Source of the DNA: an uncultured Candidatus Berkelbacteria bacterium
GTDB taxonomy: Bacteria; Patescibacteriota; UBA1384; XYA2-FULL-43-10; CAINNR01
DNA: 57,516 bases
NCBI GenBank assembly: GCA_903851235.1
Contig: CAINNR010000008.1
Location: 1 to 57,516 of the forward strand
Reading direction: 5' to 3'
The notes below the pieces were generated by a model that was given only the letters and a program-made list of their open reading frames with translations, was not told where the DNA came from and did no database searches. This document shows positions 57,061 to 57,516 of the stretch, in pieces. Positions within the stretch are counted from its first letter, which is position 1, and each line of letters starts with the position of its first letter. Made by a program: the position numbers and the translations under genes.

Positions 57061-57222
57061 ATGGCAAAAGACGCACGGACGATTGTAACTTTGGAGTGTG
57101 AAGTCTGCAAAGAGCGAAATTATCAGACCGAAAAAAACACCAAACTTCAAAAAGAACGGTTGCAACTTTCAAAATATTGCAAACGATGCAAAAAACAAAC
57201 TTTGCACAAAGAAGCGAAATAG
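57061..57222 (+). CDS. rpmG: 50S ribosomal protein L33 (zinc-binding form); not in the supplied ORF track
   Basis: Manual translation [26 protein letters not shown]...[18 protein letters not shown]. Confidence 0.96.
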   Translation: MAKDARTIVTLECEVCKERNYQTEKNTKLQKERLQLSKYCKRCKKQTLHKEAK

Positions 57223-57278
57223 TGGACAGAGATATTTCATAGAGATTATCAAGGATCAAAATATCTGGGTTTTAGCAT

Positions 57279-57352
57279 AGGAGCTTAATTTAAAGGTAAA
57301 ATACCTCTCTCCAAAAGAGGCTATAGGGGTTCGATTCCTCTAGCTCCTGCCA
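57279..57352 (+). tRNA. tRNA-Trp(CCA)
   Basis: AGGAGCT/AGCTCCT acceptor stem, CCTCT-CTCCAAA-AGAGG anticodon arm, CCA end. Confidence 0.94.
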
Positions 57353-57360
57353 TATATAAA

Positions 57361-57385
57361 AAGCTAGTCTAGCACTAGTTTTTTT
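57361..57385 (+). terminator. Terminator after tRNA-Trp
   Basis: AAGCTAGT-CTAGC-ACTAGTTT hairpin plus T-tract. Confidence 0.6.
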
Positions 57386-57516
57386 GTTATTTTTCACAAT
57401 TATCTGAACATCAGTCAAGTTCTATAATCCTGATTTGAACCCGGGTGAACTTAAGGCAAATCCAGACGCACTAGTCGCTCCAGGAGTAAATTATAGAGCT
57501 ATTGAACTTACATTTG

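Noticed and set aside
57279-57352. Genetic code 25 (TGA as Gly), as in Gracilibacteria/Absconditabacteria
   Set aside because: TGA ends mraZ, recO and murD at expected lengths, and no long ORF needs TGA read-through

Overview
Window from a small-genome bacterium with Patescibacteria (CPR)-like gene content; the lineage is inferred. Genetic code 11: TGA and TAG both end core genes, and tRNA-Trp reads CCA. It holds the 3' end of a 23S rRNA interrupted by two ORF-less group I introns (one in helix 93 of the peptidyl-transferase centre, one in the sarcin-ricin loop), 5S rRNA, mutM, recO and glyQS. A variable island follows, with three tandem, highly diverged paralogs behind near-identical leaders and an IS1634 element with a 53-bp target duplication. 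Next is a dcw cluster (mraZ, ftsL, ftsI, alpha/beta hydrolase, murF, alr, ddl, mraY, murD, ftsW, murG, murC, murB, ftsQ); no rsmH is present and a structured intergenic element lies where it usually sits. Then come recJ, radA, a class A PBP, argS, an array of orphan genes each followed by a related hairpin next to a Replic_Relax gene and tRNA-Pro, rpmB, a site-2 protease, an RNase J homolog, holB, ricT/PSP1 and a tRNA-Thr/Tyr/Thr-rpmG-tRNA-Trp cluster. The best candidates for an undescribed system are self-contained promoter-RBS-ORFan-hairpin cassettes, especially the arrays at 10.4-13.1 kb and 45.6-48.5 kb. Product names come from motif recognition by eye; no database searches were run.
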